DNA of 64,000 nt from an uncultured Alistipes sp. (GCA_963931615.1 OZ007032.1:458612-522611), one strand, 5' to 3'; positions 9,743 to 19,810 are shown, counted from the stretch's first letter. Translations and numbers: made by a program. Notes: generated from the sequence alone by a model not told the origin.

Positions 9743-10843
9743 TTACAGAAGATTACCCGGGTTGGTGGCGGATTTGCCTGGGAGCACCTTGACCTGTGCT
9801 CCGTCCTTCAGGGAATTGACTCCGGCGGTTACGACTGTCTCTCCGGCCTTCAGTCCGGAGATGATGCGGGCGTTGCCGTCGCGGTCGATGTCGTCGGCAT
9901 TGACGGCCCGTCTCCGGATAGTGTTGTCCGGACCTACTGTCCATACGCAGGTCTCTCCCCTGTCCTCGAAGAGGGCTGTGGCCGGAATGCTGACCGTGCC
10001 GTTCTCATCCGTGCGGTACTCGATGCAGACTCCTGTGCTGATGCCGGAGTGGGGCAGGGTTCCGTCCGGTGCAGGACGGAGGGCGTAGCGGGCGGTGAAG
10101 AGCTGGTTGAGATTGGCCTTCTTGGTTATGTCGATGAGCCTGAGTTCAAATGTCTTTCCGGGATAGACGTCCACGGTGCACCAGCTGCGGACGGCCTTGT
10201 CGATATTGACGAAGTCATCCACGGGGATGTCTACCTTCACGATCGGGGCGCCGTCGCTGATGAGGGTGATTACCGGCATACCGGCCCCGACCGTCTCGCC
10301 GGCCTCGAAGTGTACCTGCTGGACATAGCCGTCGAAAGGTGCGAGCATCTTCGTGTCATTGAGGGCGTTCTGGTGGGCGTGGTAGAGGGCGGTTATCTGC
10401 TCCAGGCCGTAGCGGGCCTTGTCGTAGTCATTCTGAGTCGCGCTGCCCCGGTCCGAGAGCTCGATGACCCTGCCGGCCTCGGCCTTGACCTGCTCGTACT
10501 GGGCGGTGGTGGCGGCCAGCTGTATGGCGTAGTCGCGCTCCTCTATCTCAGCCAATGTGTCGCCCTGACGGACGTGTTGACCCTCGCGGAAGTGTACGGC
10601 GGCTACAGGACCGGCAACTCTGAATGACAGGTTGACATCCTTTGCCGGCTGAATCCGGCCCGGGTAGGTGACGGTGCGGGTGCTGCCGATGCTCTGCGCC
10701 GCAGCTGTTCTGACATTGGCGACGGCAGCCGTCTTGTGCTCATCTTTGTGTCCTGTCTCATTGCTTCTGCATCCTGTTGCGGCGGCAGTTGCCAGGAGGA
10801 CTGCCGCTGACAGGAAGATTGTGCCTCGTATGCGGTATCTCAT
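9743..10843 (-). CDS. RND efflux periplasmic adaptor (MFP/HlyD family)
   Basis: Lipoprotein-type N-terminus (..ATGC). Biotinyl-lipoyl-like and coiled-coil hairpin segments. It sits directly upstream of the RND pump gene. Confidence 0.9.
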   Translation of the reverse strand: MRYRIRGTIFLSAAVLLATAAATGCRSNETGHKDEHKTAAVANVRTAAAQSIGSTRTVTYPGRIQPAKDVNLSFRVAGPVAAVHFREGQHVRQGDTLAEIEERDYAIQLAATTAQYEQVKAEAGRVIELSDRGSATQNDYDKARYGLEQITALYHAHQNALNDTKMLAPFDGYVQQVHFEAGETVGAGMPVITLISDGAPIVKVDIPVDDFVNIDKAVRSWCTVDVYPGKTFELRLIDITKKANLNQLFTARYALRPAPDGTLPHSGISTGVCIEYRTDENGTVSIPATALFEDRGETCVWTVGPDNTIRRRAVNADDIDRDGNARIISGLKAGETVVTAGVNSLKDGAQVKVLPGKSATNPGNLL

Positions 10844-10976
10844 ATAATCGGTATTTTATCAGTATTTAATAGCCTATTAAGGCGACAGTATGTAGACCGC
10901 AAAAAATATACCAAGTCCTTGCTGATGTCAGCGCATCTGATTCCGCGTGTGATGTCTCCGGCTCCGTATGCGTGGG

Positions 10977-11501
10977 TCAGAACCGTATGCCCAGCCCGAT
11001 GCCGCTTGGCTGCGCCCCAAGGGACAGCTGCGGGACGTATGCGAGGCCCTGGGCCCGGGTGCTGCGGGCAGCTTTGTTCAGTTGGCTGATGCCGGTGCAG
11101 TAGAGCGGGATGCTGAGTATGGCCAAAACTCCTCCGGTTATTATTGACATGTAGCCGGCTAAGATGAAGGGAAGTCCGGGAGGGGAGCAGGAAGGGTGTT
11201 CTTTTCCGAGTAGTGTGACGCCTGCGATTATCGATGCTGTGCCACCGAGGAAGAATGCGCCTCCTGTGGCACTTACCGCTATGCCGGAGATGAAGAGTCC
11301 CTTTCCGGTGCGGTACTGTCTGAATGCGTCGGGGGAAAGGAGCTCTTCGGCGGTGGTTATGTCCAGTGGAATACCTTCCGATGTATACAGGTTGCCGCTC
11401 TCGCGGAAGAGAGTACGGTGTCCGGCGGCATACTGGGCATGTGAGGCAGTGCAGATGCCGATAACCAGGATTATGATGGTAAGTGTTTTTTTCATAGCCA
11501 T
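10977..11501 (-). CDS. Hypothetical membrane protein
   Basis: Signal peptide MAMKKTLTIIILVIGICTASHAQ followed by 2-3 Gly/Ala-rich hydrophobic helices. No family recognised. Confidence 0.5.
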   Translation of the reverse strand: MAMKKTLTIIILVIGICTASHAQYAAGHRTLFRESGNLYTSEGIPLDITTAEELLSPDAFRQYRTGKGLFISGIAVSATGGAFFLGGTASIIAGVTLLGKEHPSCSPPGLPFILAGYMSIITGGVLAILSIPLYCTGISQLNKAARSTRAQGLAYVPQLSLGAQPSGIGLGIRF

Positions 11502-11984
11502 CTAATACTCTATCGAGACAGTACTTTCTGCGCCGTTGTTATTGATGTTGATCGATGTGATGCGTCCTTCGTCATCTAGGGTGTAGCTGTAGCTGATGTT
11601 TTGGGCGTCGTAGCCTTCGATGTAACAGGTCTCGCTCTCCGGCATGTTTGCGGGTGATGTGCCCAGAAGGCCGATGAGGCTGCCGTACGGGTAGGCTATC
11701 TGCGACAGGTAGCCCGGAGAGATGAGGTAGATGAAATCTAGATTGGTGTTGTTGACAATGTCTCCGTAACCGATTTCAGCGTTCAGGGTGCCGGAAACGG
11801 CAGTCATGTTCCCGTTTTCCCAGGCATTGTATATGAACTCGGCAGTGTAGGAGTCTGTAGTTATCGTTCTGACTATGTCTTTCTGAGGTATGGGGTCGGG
11901 CTCTGTGTCCTTTTTGCATGAGACGAGAGTAAGAGTTGCTGCTAGAAATGAAACAATAACAATGAAGATGTTTGTAGTTTTCAT
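11502..11984 (-). CDS. Hypothetical lipoprotein
   Basis: The ATG at 11984 gives MKTTNIFIVIVSFLAATLTLVSC, which has a lipobox. The track start at 12005 is a TTG. The gene is visibly more AT-rich than its neighbours. No family assigned with confidence. Confidence 0.5.
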   Translation of the reverse strand: MKTTNIFIVIVSFLAATLTLVSCKKDTEPDPIPQKDIVRTITTDSYTAEFIYNAWENGNMTAVSGTLNAEIGYGDIVNNTNLDFIYLISPGYLSQIAYPYGSLIGLLGTSPANMPESETCYIEGYDAQNISYSYTLDDEGRITSININNNGAESTVSIEY

Positions 11985-12071
11985 GGTATGAAATGTATTG
12001 GTCAAAAAACAAAAATAATCAAAACAAAGTTAATAACAAAAAATAACTCTGATTTACTGAGATTTACAGAT

Positions 12072-12911
12072 TTACTGAGCAACGAAACGGTAGACAATTT
12101 CTCCGACCTGGCGTTCCTGAGCGTCTTGTGAAGCTGTGAAACGGGAGCCGGAGGCAGCTCTCAAGGCATAATCCCTGAGGCACTGGTCCGGCGAGGATAC
12201 GGCTTCGATGATTTTGACCCCCGTTACATATCCTTTGCGGTTGACAATGATGCTTACGGATACATCACCGCCTCCCATGCATTTGTAGGCCGGTACGGGC
12301 AGGTTCATGGCCTTTCGTCCTTCGAGGGTGTAAGAGATGACGGACGGTCCCTGATAAGCTTCGGTTTCCTTGCCGCCGTCCTCTTTGTAGACTGATACCT
12401 GGTCTTCGGATGATGACGCCTCCTCGACTTCCCTACGGGACCGGTCCAGCCGCTCCTGGAGTTCGCGGGCCTCCTTGTAGATGTCCTCAGGATGATCGTG
12501 ACGGTCATCCCTCAGCGGTTCAGACGCGTCTACGGCAACATTGCGTATGGATCGGGCGCTCTGGTTGCGGGAGGCATTGAGCAGTGCGTCCAGTTCTGCC
12601 TCAATTTCCTCGCTCACGCTTTCCTGCATCTGTGCCCTGGCCTCCCTGGCTTCCTGGGCTTCCTGCTCGGAAAAGTCTATGAGGAATGAGGTATCCCTTA
12701 CCAGCTGGGTGTGTATCGACCAGCTCAGCAGGACGATGATCAGGAGCAGGTGTACGATGAGTGTGAGGTACAGCCCTGCCTTATCATCGGTATCTACGCG
12801 GAGACACTTCAGCAGGGGCCTGAGCCAGGAGTTGATCCTGGACAGCGGGCCCCTGCGCAGCTTCTCGGTGAGCGGCCGGATGCGGTCAGCTATTTTTGAG
12901 ATGATTTTCAA
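12072..12911 (-). CDS. TonB-family energy transducer (C-terminal TonB domain)
   Basis: One N-terminal TM (LYLTLIVHLLLIIVLLSW), a Glu-rich linker, and a C-terminal GGGDVSVSIIVNRKGYVTGVKI...ALRAASGSRF TonB_C-like fold. The only canonical in-frame start is the TTG at 12911, which overlaps udk by 26 nt. Confidence 0.7.
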   Translation of the reverse strand: MKIISKIADRIRPLTEKLRRGPLSRINSWLRPLLKCLRVDTDDKAGLYLTLIVHLLLIIVLLSWSIHTQLVRDTSFLIDFSEQEAQEAREARAQMQESVSEEIEAELDALLNASRNQSARSIRNVAVDASEPLRDDRHDHPEDIYKEARELQERLDRSRREVEEASSSEDQVSVYKEDGGKETEAYQGPSVISYTLEGRKAMNLPVPAYKCMGGGDVSVSIIVNRKGYVTGVKIIEAVSSPDQCLRDYALRAASGSRFTASQDAQERQVGEIVYRFVAQ

Positions 12912-13506
12912 TGGTAGCTATGAGCATGTCTATGCCCACCTGATTGTGCCCGCCCTGGGGCAGTATCAGGTCGGCGTATCTCTTGGTGGGCTCTATGAAC
13001 TGCAGATGCATGGGCTTGAGTACTCTCTCGTAGCGCTCGATGACCTTGCCCACGTCACGGCCTCTCTCGATGATGTCGCGGGAGATGACCCTGACTAAGC
13101 GGTCGTCCGGGTCGGCATCCACATACACCAGGATGTCCAGCATGCTGCGCAACCTTGAGTCTGTGAAAATCAGGATGCCCTCCACCAGTATGATGTCGGC
13201 GGGATGGACAGTCACGGTCTCGGTGGCCGAGCGTGTGCAGGTCAGGTAGGAGTAGACGGGCTGCTTCACCGTCCTGCCGTGCTGCAGCTCGTCGAGCTGC
13301 TCTATGAGCAGGTCGAAGTCGATGGCGTTCGGATGGTCGAAGTTGATTTTCTGCCGGTCCTCCAGCAGGGGAATGTCGCTGTTGTCCTTGTAGTAGGAGT
13401 CCTGGGGGACAACAACGACCTCTCCTCTCTTGAAGTGTTCCGAGATCTTCTGGACCACTGTGGTCTTGCCTGAGCCAGTGCCGCCGGCTATACCGATAGT
13501 AAGCAT
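12886..13506 (-). CDS. udk: Uridine kinase
   Basis: The N-terminus MLTIGIAGGTGSGKTT contains a P-loop. Length (206 aa) and overall pattern are typical of Udk. Confidence 0.9.
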   Translation of the reverse strand: MLTIGIAGGTGSGKTTVVQKISEHFKRGEVVVVPQDSYYKDNSDIPLLEDRQKINFDHPNAIDFDLLIEQLDELQHGRTVKQPVYSYLTCTRSATETVTVHPADIILVEGILIFTDSRLRSMLDILVYVDADPDDRLVRVISRDIIERGRDVGKVIERYERVLKPMHLQFIEPTKRYADLILPQGGHNQVGIDMLIATIENHLKNS

Positions 13507-13517
13507 GGTGCCGGTCT

Positions 13518-14912
13518 TTAGAATTCTGCGGACTTGGGTGTCCTAGGGAAGGGAATGACGTCACGGATGTTGCTCATGCCGGTGACGAAGAGGAGCAGGC
13601 GCTCGAAGCCCAGTCCGAAGCCGCTGTGGGGAGCTGTGCCGAAACGGCGGGTGTCGAGGTACCACCACAGGTTGGTCATGTCCATGTGCAGCTCGTCGAT
13701 ACGGTCCATCAGCTTGTCATAGGACTCTTCCCTCTGTGAGCCTCCGATAATCTCGCCGATCTTCGGAAAGAGCACGTCCATTCCGCGTACGGTCTTGCCG
13801 TCATCGTTCTGCTTCATGTAGAAGGCCTTGATGTCCTTAGGGTAGTCGGTGAGGATGACGGGTTTGCCGAAGTGCTGCTCGACCAGGTAGCGCTCGTGCT
13901 CGCTCTGCAGGTCCACGCCCCACGATACGGGATACTCGAACTTGACTCCGGACTTGGTGAGGATGTCCACGGCCTCGGTGTAGGTGGTGCGGACGAAGTC
14001 GGTGTTCACTACGCCCTTGAGTCTCTCTATGAGGCCTTTGTCTATCATGTTGTTGAGGAAGATGAGGTCGTCCATGCAGTGCTCCAGCGCGTACCTTACG
14101 AGGTACTTGATAAAGTCCTCCGCCAGGTCCATGTTGTCCTCTATCTCGTAGAAGGCCATTTCGGGCTCTACCATCCAGAACTCGGCCAGGTGGCGGGGAG
14201 TGTTGGAGTTCTCGGCCCTGAATGTAGGTCCGAATGTGTAGATCTCGCCCAGGGCCATCGCTCCGAGCTCACCCTCGAGCTGACCGCTGACGGTCAGGTT
14301 GGTGTGGCGGCCGAAGAAGTCCTGCGACCAGTCCACCTTTCCTTCCGGAGTGCGGGGAGGATTGCTCACGTCGAGGGTAGTCACCTGGAACATAGCGCCT
14401 GCACCCTCAGCGTCCGATGCTGTGATGAGGGGTGTGTGAAGGTAGTAGAAACCCTTGTCGTTGAAGTATTTGTGAATGGCGTATGCCATGGCGTGGCGGA
14501 TTCTCAGCACGGCTCCGAAGGTGTTGGTGCGTGGACGCAGATGTGCGATCTCGCGCAGGAACTCCATGCTGTGACCTTTTTTCTGGAGAGGGTATTTCTC
14601 GGGGTCTGCGGTGCCGTAGACCTGGATGGAGGTTGCCTGGATCTCCACCTTCTGACCGCTGCCGATGGATTCGACGAGTTTTCCTGTTACTGCGATGCAT
14701 GCTCCCGTAGTGATGTCCTTGAAGGACTCATCGGGGGTGAAAGTCGCCATGTCGCATACAATCTGTATGTTGTTGATGGTCGAACCGTCGTTGAGGGCGA
14801 TGAATGTGATGTTCTTGTTGCCTCTTTTGGTCCTTACCCAGCCCTTGGCGAGTACTTCCTTGCCGGGGGTCTCTTTGAGAAGCTCTGCGATTTTCTGTCT
14901 CTTGAGTGTCAT
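13518..14912 (-). CDS. asnS: Asparagine--tRNA ligase
   Basis: Class IIb aaRS pattern: an OB-fold N-terminus, [21 protein letters not shown], and [10 protein letters not shown] preferred the ATG at 14912 (MTLKRQKI..) over the track start at 14966, which would overlap the upstream gene. Confidence 0.93.
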   Translation of the reverse strand: MTLKRQKIAELLKETPGKEVLAKGWVRTKRGNKNITFIALNDGSTINNIQIVCDMATFTPDESFKDITTGACIAVTGKLVESIGSGQKVEIQATSIQVYGTADPEKYPLQKKGHSMEFLREIAHLRPRTNTFGAVLRIRHAMAYAIHKYFNDKGFYYLHTPLITASDAEGAGAMFQVTTLDVSNPPRTPEGKVDWSQDFFGRHTNLTVSGQLEGELGAMALGEIYTFGPTFRAENSNTPRHLAEFWMVEPEMAFYEIEDNMDLAEDFIKYLVRYALEHCMDDLIFLNNMIDKGLIERLKGVVNTDFVRTTYTEAVDILTKSGVKFEYPVSWGVDLQSEHERYLVEQHFGKPVILTDYPKDIKAFYMKQNDDGKTVRGMDVLFPKIGEIIGGSQREESYDKLMDRIDELHMDMTNLWWYLDTRRFGTAPHSGFGLGFERLLLFVTGMSNIRDVIPFPRTPKSAEF

Positions 14913-14938
14913 TATATGTGTTTTTTGTATTTCCATAT

Positions 14939-16141
14939 TTAAAATGTGATTCCCATCGCTTCGCATATCTTCTTGGGAATCTCGGTGTTGTCCATGCGAC
15001 CGGAGAACAGGCTGCTGCCTGCGCCTATGGCGAATACCGGGACGTTTGCTCCCGAGTGATCTCCGGTAGTCCAGCCTATGTGTGCTGCGTGTGAGGCCTC
15101 ATCCATCTCCTTGCGCTCCTCATCAGAGGCGAAGTCCTTGGATTTGTCGATGTTCTCAATCTTGTCGAAGTAGACGTTATATCCGCTTTTCCAGCTCATG
15201 GTCAGTCCGCCTGTCTCGTGGTCTGCAGTTACGACAATAAGTGTCTCGTCAGGGTGTTCGTTGTAGAATTTTACGGCTTCGGCGACAGCGTCGGACAGGC
15301 TGAGGGTCTCGAATATCATGGCCTTGGTGTCGTTGCCGTGGCTGGCCCAGTCGATTCTACCTCCCTCTGACATTACGAAGAAGCCTGGACTTTCCCTGTC
15401 GTAAAGGAAATCAATGGATGCCTTCACGAGGTCTGCCTGTGTCATTTCGCCTTCCTTCATGTCGATTGCGTAGGGCAGCTCAGTTTTCGTACGGCCGTCT
15501 TCCTGCAGCAGCATCATTTTTCCGGCACTTGTCTTCATGCTGTGGAACTCTTCCATGCCTTCTGCTATTATGTAGCCGTTTTTTTCAATGAGGTCGTAGA
15601 CGGATGTCTTGTCTCCGTCCTCTCCTGTACTTTCAATCACACCGCCGCCGGCGAAGAACTCGAATCCGGAGCCCGGTATCTCCATTGCTATGTCGTAGTA
15701 GTCGCTTCTGGAGGCGCTGTGTCCGTAGAATGCTCCTGGAGTAGCGTGGTTGATACCTACTGTAGAAGAGATTCCCACTTTATATCCTGCGTTGTGAATC
15801 TTGCTGGCTATGCTTTCCAACATTGTAGTGTCAGGAGTCACACCCAGCATCCCGTTGTCAGTCTTGCTGCCGGTTGACAGAGCTGTTCCGGCTGCTGCGG
15901 AGTCTGTAATGAGATTTGAGGCGGAGTGTGTGACAGCCCATCCGAGAACGGGAAACTGTGAGAAAGCGAGGGGCCTGCTGTCAAATACGCCCTCTGTATA
16001 TCCCAGCCAGTATTCTGTTACAGAAACGTGGTTGAAGCCCATGCCGTCGCCGATGAAGTAGAATACGTATTTGGCTTTCTGCTGTGCGGACAGGAGCAAG
16101 GGAAGCAGGAGTAGGATGGTAATAAATGAGAACTTCTTCAT
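14939..16141 (-). CDS. Alkaline phosphatase (PhoA family), exported
   Basis: Signal peptide, then the motifs [25 protein letters not shown] and HSGANVPV. Confidence 0.9.
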   Translation of the reverse strand: MKKFSFITILLLLPLLLSAQQKAKYVFYFIGDGMGFNHVSVTEYWLGYTEGVFDSRPLAFSQFPVLGWAVTHSASNLITDSAAAGTALSTGSKTDNGMLGVTPDTTMLESIASKIHNAGYKVGISSTVGINHATPGAFYGHSASRSDYYDIAMEIPGSGFEFFAGGGVIESTGEDGDKTSVYDLIEKNGYIIAEGMEEFHSMKTSAGKMMLLQEDGRTKTELPYAIDMKEGEMTQADLVKASIDFLYDRESPGFFVMSEGGRIDWASHGNDTKAMIFETLSLSDAVAEAVKFYNEHPDETLIVVTADHETGGLTMSWKSGYNVYFDKIENIDKSKDFASDEERKEMDEASHAAHIGWTTGDHSGANVPVFAIGAGSSLFSGRMDNTEIPKKICEAMGITF

Positions 16142-16170
16142 TTTATGGGTTGCTAATAAGTTATTTAGTT

Positions 16171-16209
16171 AAAAATGGGTGTCCCACTTTGCATGAGGCA
16201 CCCATTTTT
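16171..16209 (-). terminator. Rho-independent terminator downstream of the exbBD operon
   Basis: An 11-bp stem, aaaaatgggtg (16171..16181) pairing with cacccattttt (16199..16209), with a 17-nt loop. On the minus strand the stem is followed by a T-run. Confidence 0.6.
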
Positions 16210-16227
16210 CAGTTCCGGCAGTAAGAT

Positions 16228-16707
16228 TTAGTTTACTCCTGCGGGAGCAATTTTTCTTGCTGCGTACATAATCTTCAGTGCGGAGCAGCGGCGGAGCTCC
16301 TGCTTAACCTCGGTGACTATACCCATGCGGGTACCTTCGTCGATTTTAAGCGAGATGCTCATCAGCTCGCGGTCAACCTCACTCAGGGCCTCGCGTTCAG
16401 CGGCAACGAAGTCGCTGATGTCCTTTACAGTCCTGAAAGAGTCATTGAGCTGGATACGGGAATCCGTACCGAATTCTTTCTGGTATTGCAGTGAAGGAGT
16501 GCCTATAAAGATGTAAGAGCAAAGATCTTTTCTTTCGAGCTTCGTCACTTCGGAGGCCTCGGGCAGCTTCACATTCACCATACGGTCTGTCTGACGCATA
16601 CTGGTGGAGACCATGAAGAACATGAGAATCATGAACACGATGTCCGGAAGGGATGCTGTGTTGATACCGGGTGTTCCTTTGTCTCCTTTTTTCAGGAATT
16701 TAGCCAT
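16228..16707 (-). CDS. exbD: ExbD/TolR-family biopolymer transport protein
   Basis: 159 aa. The N-terminal single TM, LPDIVFMILMFFMVSTSM, is typical of ExbD. Confidence 0.85.
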   Translation of the reverse strand: MAKFLKKGDKGTPGINTASLPDIVFMILMFFMVSTSMRQTDRMVNVKLPEASEVTKLERKDLCSYIFIGTPSLQYQKEFGTDSRIQLNDSFRTVKDISDFVAAEREALSEVDRELMSISLKIDEGTRMGIVTEVKQELRRCSALKIMYAARKIAPAGVN

Positions 16708-16719
16708 TTCAAAATCCTC

Positions 16720-17301
16720 CTATTGTTTAGTTACATCCAAAGGTTCTGCCTCGGAGAGACGGTTGGGGATAGCTTCGCGGACGATGTCCTGCTTGTCAAC
16801 AGGGAGATCGTTGTAGACAGCACCGAAATGCGCCATGGCGAAATCGTCCCTGACCTTATTGATGGCCCTCACAATGACGTTCGTAATCTCAATGTATTTG
16901 CTGTAGAGACTCTGACGGTCATTCTGGAGAGAAATCACTCCCTCAGATACCGGATATTCTCCAAAGCCTTCGATATTCTTGACAACCTTCGAGGGAAGGT
17001 CCGAACGGTCATTGGGGTTGGTGAGGAACTCAATAACTATCTCTTCGAGCTGCGCATCCGAAAGAATAACTTCACCTCCTGCCATAACGCCGTTCCTGGA
17101 GTTGATCTTCACGTCGAGCATGTTTCGACGGTTCACCTTCAAGTCCTCCAGCTGAGCATTCTCGGGAGGCATAGGAGGGAGACGGCGGGACAGACCTGTT
17201 TCAGGGTCCATCGTACTCACCATCAGGAAGAAGATCAGCATGAGGAACGAGATGTCCGCCATGGAACCTCCGTTTATTTCAGGTGTTTTCTTAGATGCCA
17301 T
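16720..17301 (-). CDS. exbD: ExbD/TolR-family biopolymer transport protein (second copy)
   Basis: 193 aa with MADISFLMLIFFLMVST. Paired exbD genes are usual in Bacteroidota. Confidence 0.85.
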   Translation of the reverse strand: MASKKTPEINGGSMADISFLMLIFFLMVSTMDPETGLSRRLPPMPPENAQLEDLKVNRRNMLDVKINSRNGVMAGGEVILSDAQLEEIVIEFLTNPNDRSDLPSKVVKNIEGFGEYPVSEGVISLQNDRQSLYSKYIEITNVIVRAINKVRDDFAMAHFGAVYNDLPVDKQDIVREAIPNRLSEAEPLDVTKQ

Positions 17302-17310
17302 AGTTATTGC

Positions 17311-17775
17311 TTACTGTTTGTGAATAAGGTTTCTTACACTGCCCCATACTAAGGCGAGTAATGCGAGTACAACCAATGCGTAGCTCAGGTTGAGCAGAGT
17401 ATCGGTCATTTTCAATGTAGCGTGAGTAGGCTGTACGGCCATATTCACGGCGATAGGGTCTCCGCTGGCGAGCAGGAAAGACGCACCGATGAGCACAACG
17501 GCTATCAGCAGTACGAAACCTGTCTTCTTGAGGGACTTCTTGTTGCCTGCCATATTGATGAGAGAGAGCACCACGACAAGCACTATCGCAGCAATCACCA
17601 GAGCATAGGCCCAGAAGAGCACTATGTCAAGCATGCCGGTGGTTGCAAGCGCCTCTGCCAGGTTGTTGACTGTGTACAGTCCAGTGTTCCCATTGTAGAT
17701 GAAGAACGCTACCAACCCGATCAGAGAGAGAACCAGCAGACAGATTTCTAATATTTTTGTGAATTTACTAGTCAT
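17311..17775 (-). CDS. Hypothetical 4-TM membrane protein embedded in the exbBD cluster
   Basis: 154 aa with four hydrophobic helices. It sits between exbB and exbD with gaps of 9-12 nt. Confidence 0.6.
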   Translation of the reverse strand: MTSKFTKILEICLLVLSLIGLVAFFIYNGNTGLYTVNNLAEALATTGMLDIVLFWAYALVIAAIVLVVVLSLINMAGNKKSLKKTGFVLLIAVVLIGASFLLASGDPIAVNMAVQPTHATLKMTDTLLNLSYALVVLALLALVWGSVRNLIHKQ

Positions 17776-17787
17776 GATTTGTGATTG

Positions 17788-18582
17788 TTACTTGTTCTGA
17801 TATTTTACGATCATATCTACGAGGGAGATGGAAGCGTCTTCCATGGAGAGGACGATACCGTCAACCTTAGCGATAAGATAGTTGTAAAGTATCTGAAGGA
17901 TAATAGCGACAACCAGACCGCCGACGGTGGTAATCAGGGCGACTTTCATACCGCCTGCAACGAGGGTCGGGCTGATATCACCGGCTCTCTGAATCTCGTC
18001 GAATGCCTGAATCATACCGATCACAGTTCCCATGAATCCGAGCATAGGTGCAACGGCGATGAAGAGAGTAATCCAGGAAAGACCTCCCTCGAGGAGACCC
18101 ATCTGAACAGAACCGTAAGATGTGATGGATTTCTCAACTTCCTCTGCGCCCTTGTCATAACGGAGCAGACCCTGATAGAAGATAGAAGCCACAGGACCGC
18201 GGGTGTTGCGGCATACATCCTTGGCAGCCTCAACTCCACCGTTGTTAAGAGCGTCCTCAACTTTCTTGAGAAGTTTCTCAGTGTTGGTGCTGGCCAAGTT
18301 CAGGTAAATAATCCTCTCGATGGCAACAGCAAGACCGAAAACGAGGCAGGCGATGATGGTAGCCATGAAGCCGGCACCACCCTCGATGAAGAGCCTCTTG
18401 ATTTCCTGATGCATAGGAGCCTCAGCGGGAGCTTCCTCAGAAGCGGCATCGACCACGGGCTCAAATGCCACCTGTTCGGTAGTGTCTGCAGTAGCGAGAG
18501 AGTCTCCGTCCTGCGCAAATGCGTATTGTGCAGTGAAAGTCATGAGACCCATAACTGCCAAAAACATGAAGATTTTTTTCAT
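17788..18582 (-). CDS. exbB: MotA/TolQ/ExbB proton-channel protein
   Basis: 264 aa. The C-terminal half, APMLGFMGTVIGMIQAF...GGMKVALITTVGGLVVAI, is the ExbB/TolQ signature. Confidence 0.9.
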   Translation of the reverse strand: MKKIFMFLAVMGLMTFTAQYAFAQDGDSLATADTTEQVAFEPVVDAASEEAPAEAPMHQEIKRLFIEGGAGFMATIIACLVFGLAVAIERIIYLNLASTNTEKLLKKVEDALNNGGVEAAKDVCRNTRGPVASIFYQGLLRYDKGAEEVEKSITSYGSVQMGLLEGGLSWITLFIAVAPMLGFMGTVIGMIQAFDEIQRAGDISPTLVAGGMKVALITTVGGLVVAIILQILYNYLIAKVDGIVLSMEDASISLVDMIVKYQNK

Positions 18583-18640
18583 ACAATTTTTGATTAGTTA
18601 TTAAACAAGTTTTTAATGAGTTTTTTCAATCAGCTAAAAG

Positions 18641-18728
18641 CGGAGAGGGCGGGATTCGAACCCGCGAAACCCTTTTGGAGTTTACGCACTTTCCAGGCGC
18701 GCGCCTTCGACCACTCGGCCACCTCTCC
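18641..18728 (-). tRNA. tRNA-Ser (anticodon GGA)
   Basis: The reverse complement is GGAGAGGTGGCCGAGTGGTCGAAGGCGCGCGCCTGGAAAGTGCGTAAACTCCAAAAGGGTTTCGCGGGTTCGAATCCCGCCCTCTCCG. It has a 7-bp acceptor stem, anticodon loop CTGGAAA, a long variable arm, and T-arm GCGGG-TTCGAAT-CCCGC. Confidence 0.95.
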
Positions 18729-18769
18729 AAGAAAACACCGCCAAAATTAGAAATTATTTTTCATAAAAT

Positions 18770-19810
18770 CTACATTTCTGTGAGTTCTCCTCTAATATTT
18801 TTTTTCAAAAAATTAACAACCGTCTCATTATCAGAATATTGACCTAGTAAAAAAAATAATTTGGCGACGGCTGCCTCCGTAGTGCAGTCGCTCCCGCCCG
18901 TTACGCCTATTTTTTTAAGGGATTTGCCGGTTGAATATGCGTCCATGTCTACTCTACCTGCCTGACATTGAGTAATGTTTAAAACGATAACGCCCCTGTC
19001 TACGGCTTTTTTTATGCAGTCAGTGAACCATTGTCCTGACGGAGCATTGCCTGAACCGTAGGTCTCCAGAATGATTGCTCTTATGCCCGATATGCTTACC
19101 AATGTATCGAGAATCTCTTGTTTCATTCCGGGTATAACTTTGATAATCAAGACTGAGGGATCAAGGTCGTATACGGGTTTCAGGGGTTGGTTCCAGTTTT
19201 TGGGGTAGCGGATACACGATGTGTTGAACTTAAGATGTATTCCGGCTTCGGCGAGGACGGGGTAATTTGCCGAGCGGAAGGCGCGGAAGTTCTCGGCTGT
19301 GTATTTGGTGGTCCGGTTTCCTCTGTATAGCTGGCTTTCAAAGTAGATACATACTTCGGGGACCATCGGATGGCCGTCAGAGTCTTTCGATGCGGCAATC
19401 TCGATGGAGGAGATAAGGTTCTCTTTCCCGTCAGTACGCAGCATCCCGATTGGAAGCTGACTGCCTGTGAATACGACGGGCTTGGTTATATCTCCCAGCA
19501 TGAAACTGAGGGCTGAGGCGGAGAAAGACATGGTATCGGTACCGTGCAGAATGACGAATCCGTCATACCTGTCGTAATGCTCCTCGATAAGTCTGGTGAG
19601 CTTTTTCCAGAATTCGATGTTCACGTCCGAAGAGTCAATTACGGGATCGAAGGAGTAGGTGTCTATCGTATATCCGAATTTCTTGAGCTCCGGTACTTCT
19701 TCCAATATCTGGGAGAAATCAAAGGGGCGCAGGTCGAAGGATACGGGATCCTGTTTCATTCCGATGGTGCCTCCGGTGTAGACCAGGAGTATGGAAGTCT
19801 TGTCTCGCAT
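18770..19810 (-). CDS. ansA: Type I L-asparaginase
   Basis: Motifs LLVYTGGTIGM and ILHGTDTM; 346 aa. Confidence 0.9.
   Translation of the reverse strand: MRDKTSILLVYTGGTIGMKQDPVSFDLRPFDFSQILEEVPELKKFGYTIDTYSFDPVIDSSDVNIEFWKKLTRLIEEHYDRYDGFVILHGTDTMSFSASALSFMLGDITKPVVFTGSQLPIGMLRTDGKENLISSIEIAASKDSDGHPMVPEVCIYFESQLYRGNRTTKYTAENFRAFRSANYPVLAEAGIHLKFNTSCIRYPKNWNQPLKPVYDLDPSVLIIKVIPGMKQEILDTLVSISGIRAIILETYGSGNAPSGQWFTDCIKKAVDRGVIVLNITQCQAGRVDMDAYSTGKSLKKIGVTGGSDCTTEAAVAKLFFLLGQYSDNETVVNFLKKNIRGELTEM

Noticed and set aside
8987-10627. Long plus-strand ORF (546 aa) antisense to the RND pump and adaptor genes. Similar long shadow ORFs occur at 13872..14942, 17785..18597, 34650..35375, 36955..37914, 51011..52003, 58786..59676, 59618..60724 and 62943..63956.
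   Set aside because: Each lies exactly opposite a gene with unmistakable family motifs. Their products are low-complexity Gly/Val/Asp/His/Arg-rich strings with no motifs. Open antisense frames are expected in GC-rich DNA with strong codon bias.
11267-11281. TGGCAC motif that might be a sigma54 -24 element for the activator that lacks a DNA-binding domain.
   Set aside because: No GC dinucleotide at the required GG-N10-GC spacing. The motif also lies inside a coding region, on the strand opposite to all nearby genes.
18583-18769. tRNA-Ser locus as a possible integration hotspot for a genomic island.
   Set aside because: No integrase, no direct repeat of the tRNA 3' end and no mobile genes on either side. 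The flanks are exbB and ansA.
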